Assembly (NCBI GenBank): GCA_005223125.1
Contig: NJBH01000006.1
Span: 46,316 to 110,315 of the forward strand
DNA length: 64,000 nucleotides
Origin: Promethearchaeota archaeon Loki_b32
GTDB taxonomy: Archaea; Asgardarchaeota; Lokiarchaeia; Sigyniarchaeales; SOKP01
Direction: 5' to 3'
Part shown: piece by piece, positions 64,000-64,000 of the stretch
Position numbering within the stretch: position 1 is the stretch's first letter
How the letters are laid out: each line of letters begins with the position of its first letter
The notes under the pieces: generated by a model
The model's database searches: none
Told to the model about the DNA's origin: nothing
The model's input: only the letters and a program-made list of their open reading frames with translations
Made by a program: the position numbers and the translations under genes

Positions 64000-64000
64000 A

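Noticed and set aside
1-64000. Search for tRNA, rRNA, CRISPR arrays, IS elements or prophage borders
   Set aside because: Intergenic spacers were read individually. None contains a GC-rich ~75-nt segment with tRNA-like arms, regularly spaced direct repeats, terminal inverted repeats, or transposase/integrase genes. The only mobile-element-like signature is the LAGLIDADG domain at 15.1-15.7 kb.

Overview
Strongly AT-rich, gene-dense archaeal chromosome segment. I found no rRNA, tRNA, CRISPR array or clear integrated element. All homology calls come from reading motifs in the ORF track; no database search was run. The gene content points to an Asgard, Lokiarchaeia-like genome (inference): a eukaryote-type ubiquitin cascade and an Arf/Rag-like small GTPase sit next to FtsZ, archaeal-type AlaRS, DtdA, endonuclease Q, MptA and CofG/CofH. 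Four blocks stand out. (1) About 0.4-24.6 kb holds a dense oxygen/ROS and thiol-redox set: HdrD-like protein, a CoADR-rhodanese-TusA-rhodanese fusion, rubrerythrin, desulfoferrodoxin, an NROR-Rd > rubredoxin > flavodiiron protein chain, Isf, glutaredoxin-like proteins, FTR-like protein, two PDOs and TrxR. It includes a rubredoxin gene missing from the ORF track. (2) At 25.1-29.6 kb, ArsR, a small GTPase, a sensor kinase and a response regulator lie on one strand; the regulator's output domain looks longin-like. (3) At 29.8-32.6 kb there are three paralogous Lrp/AsnC-like regulators with conserved cysteines. (4) At 49.4-56.0 kb lies a ubiquitylation module: two free Ubls ending in Ala-Gly, a membrane-anchored UBL protein, E1, E2, a JAMM deubiquitinase and a polytopic membrane protein with a RING-like finger. 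Other points of note are a frameshifted LAGLIDADG-domain gene, an amidohydrolase coupled to the riboflavin/F420 pyrimidine reductase and FO synthase genes, and a GDH-CBS fusion.
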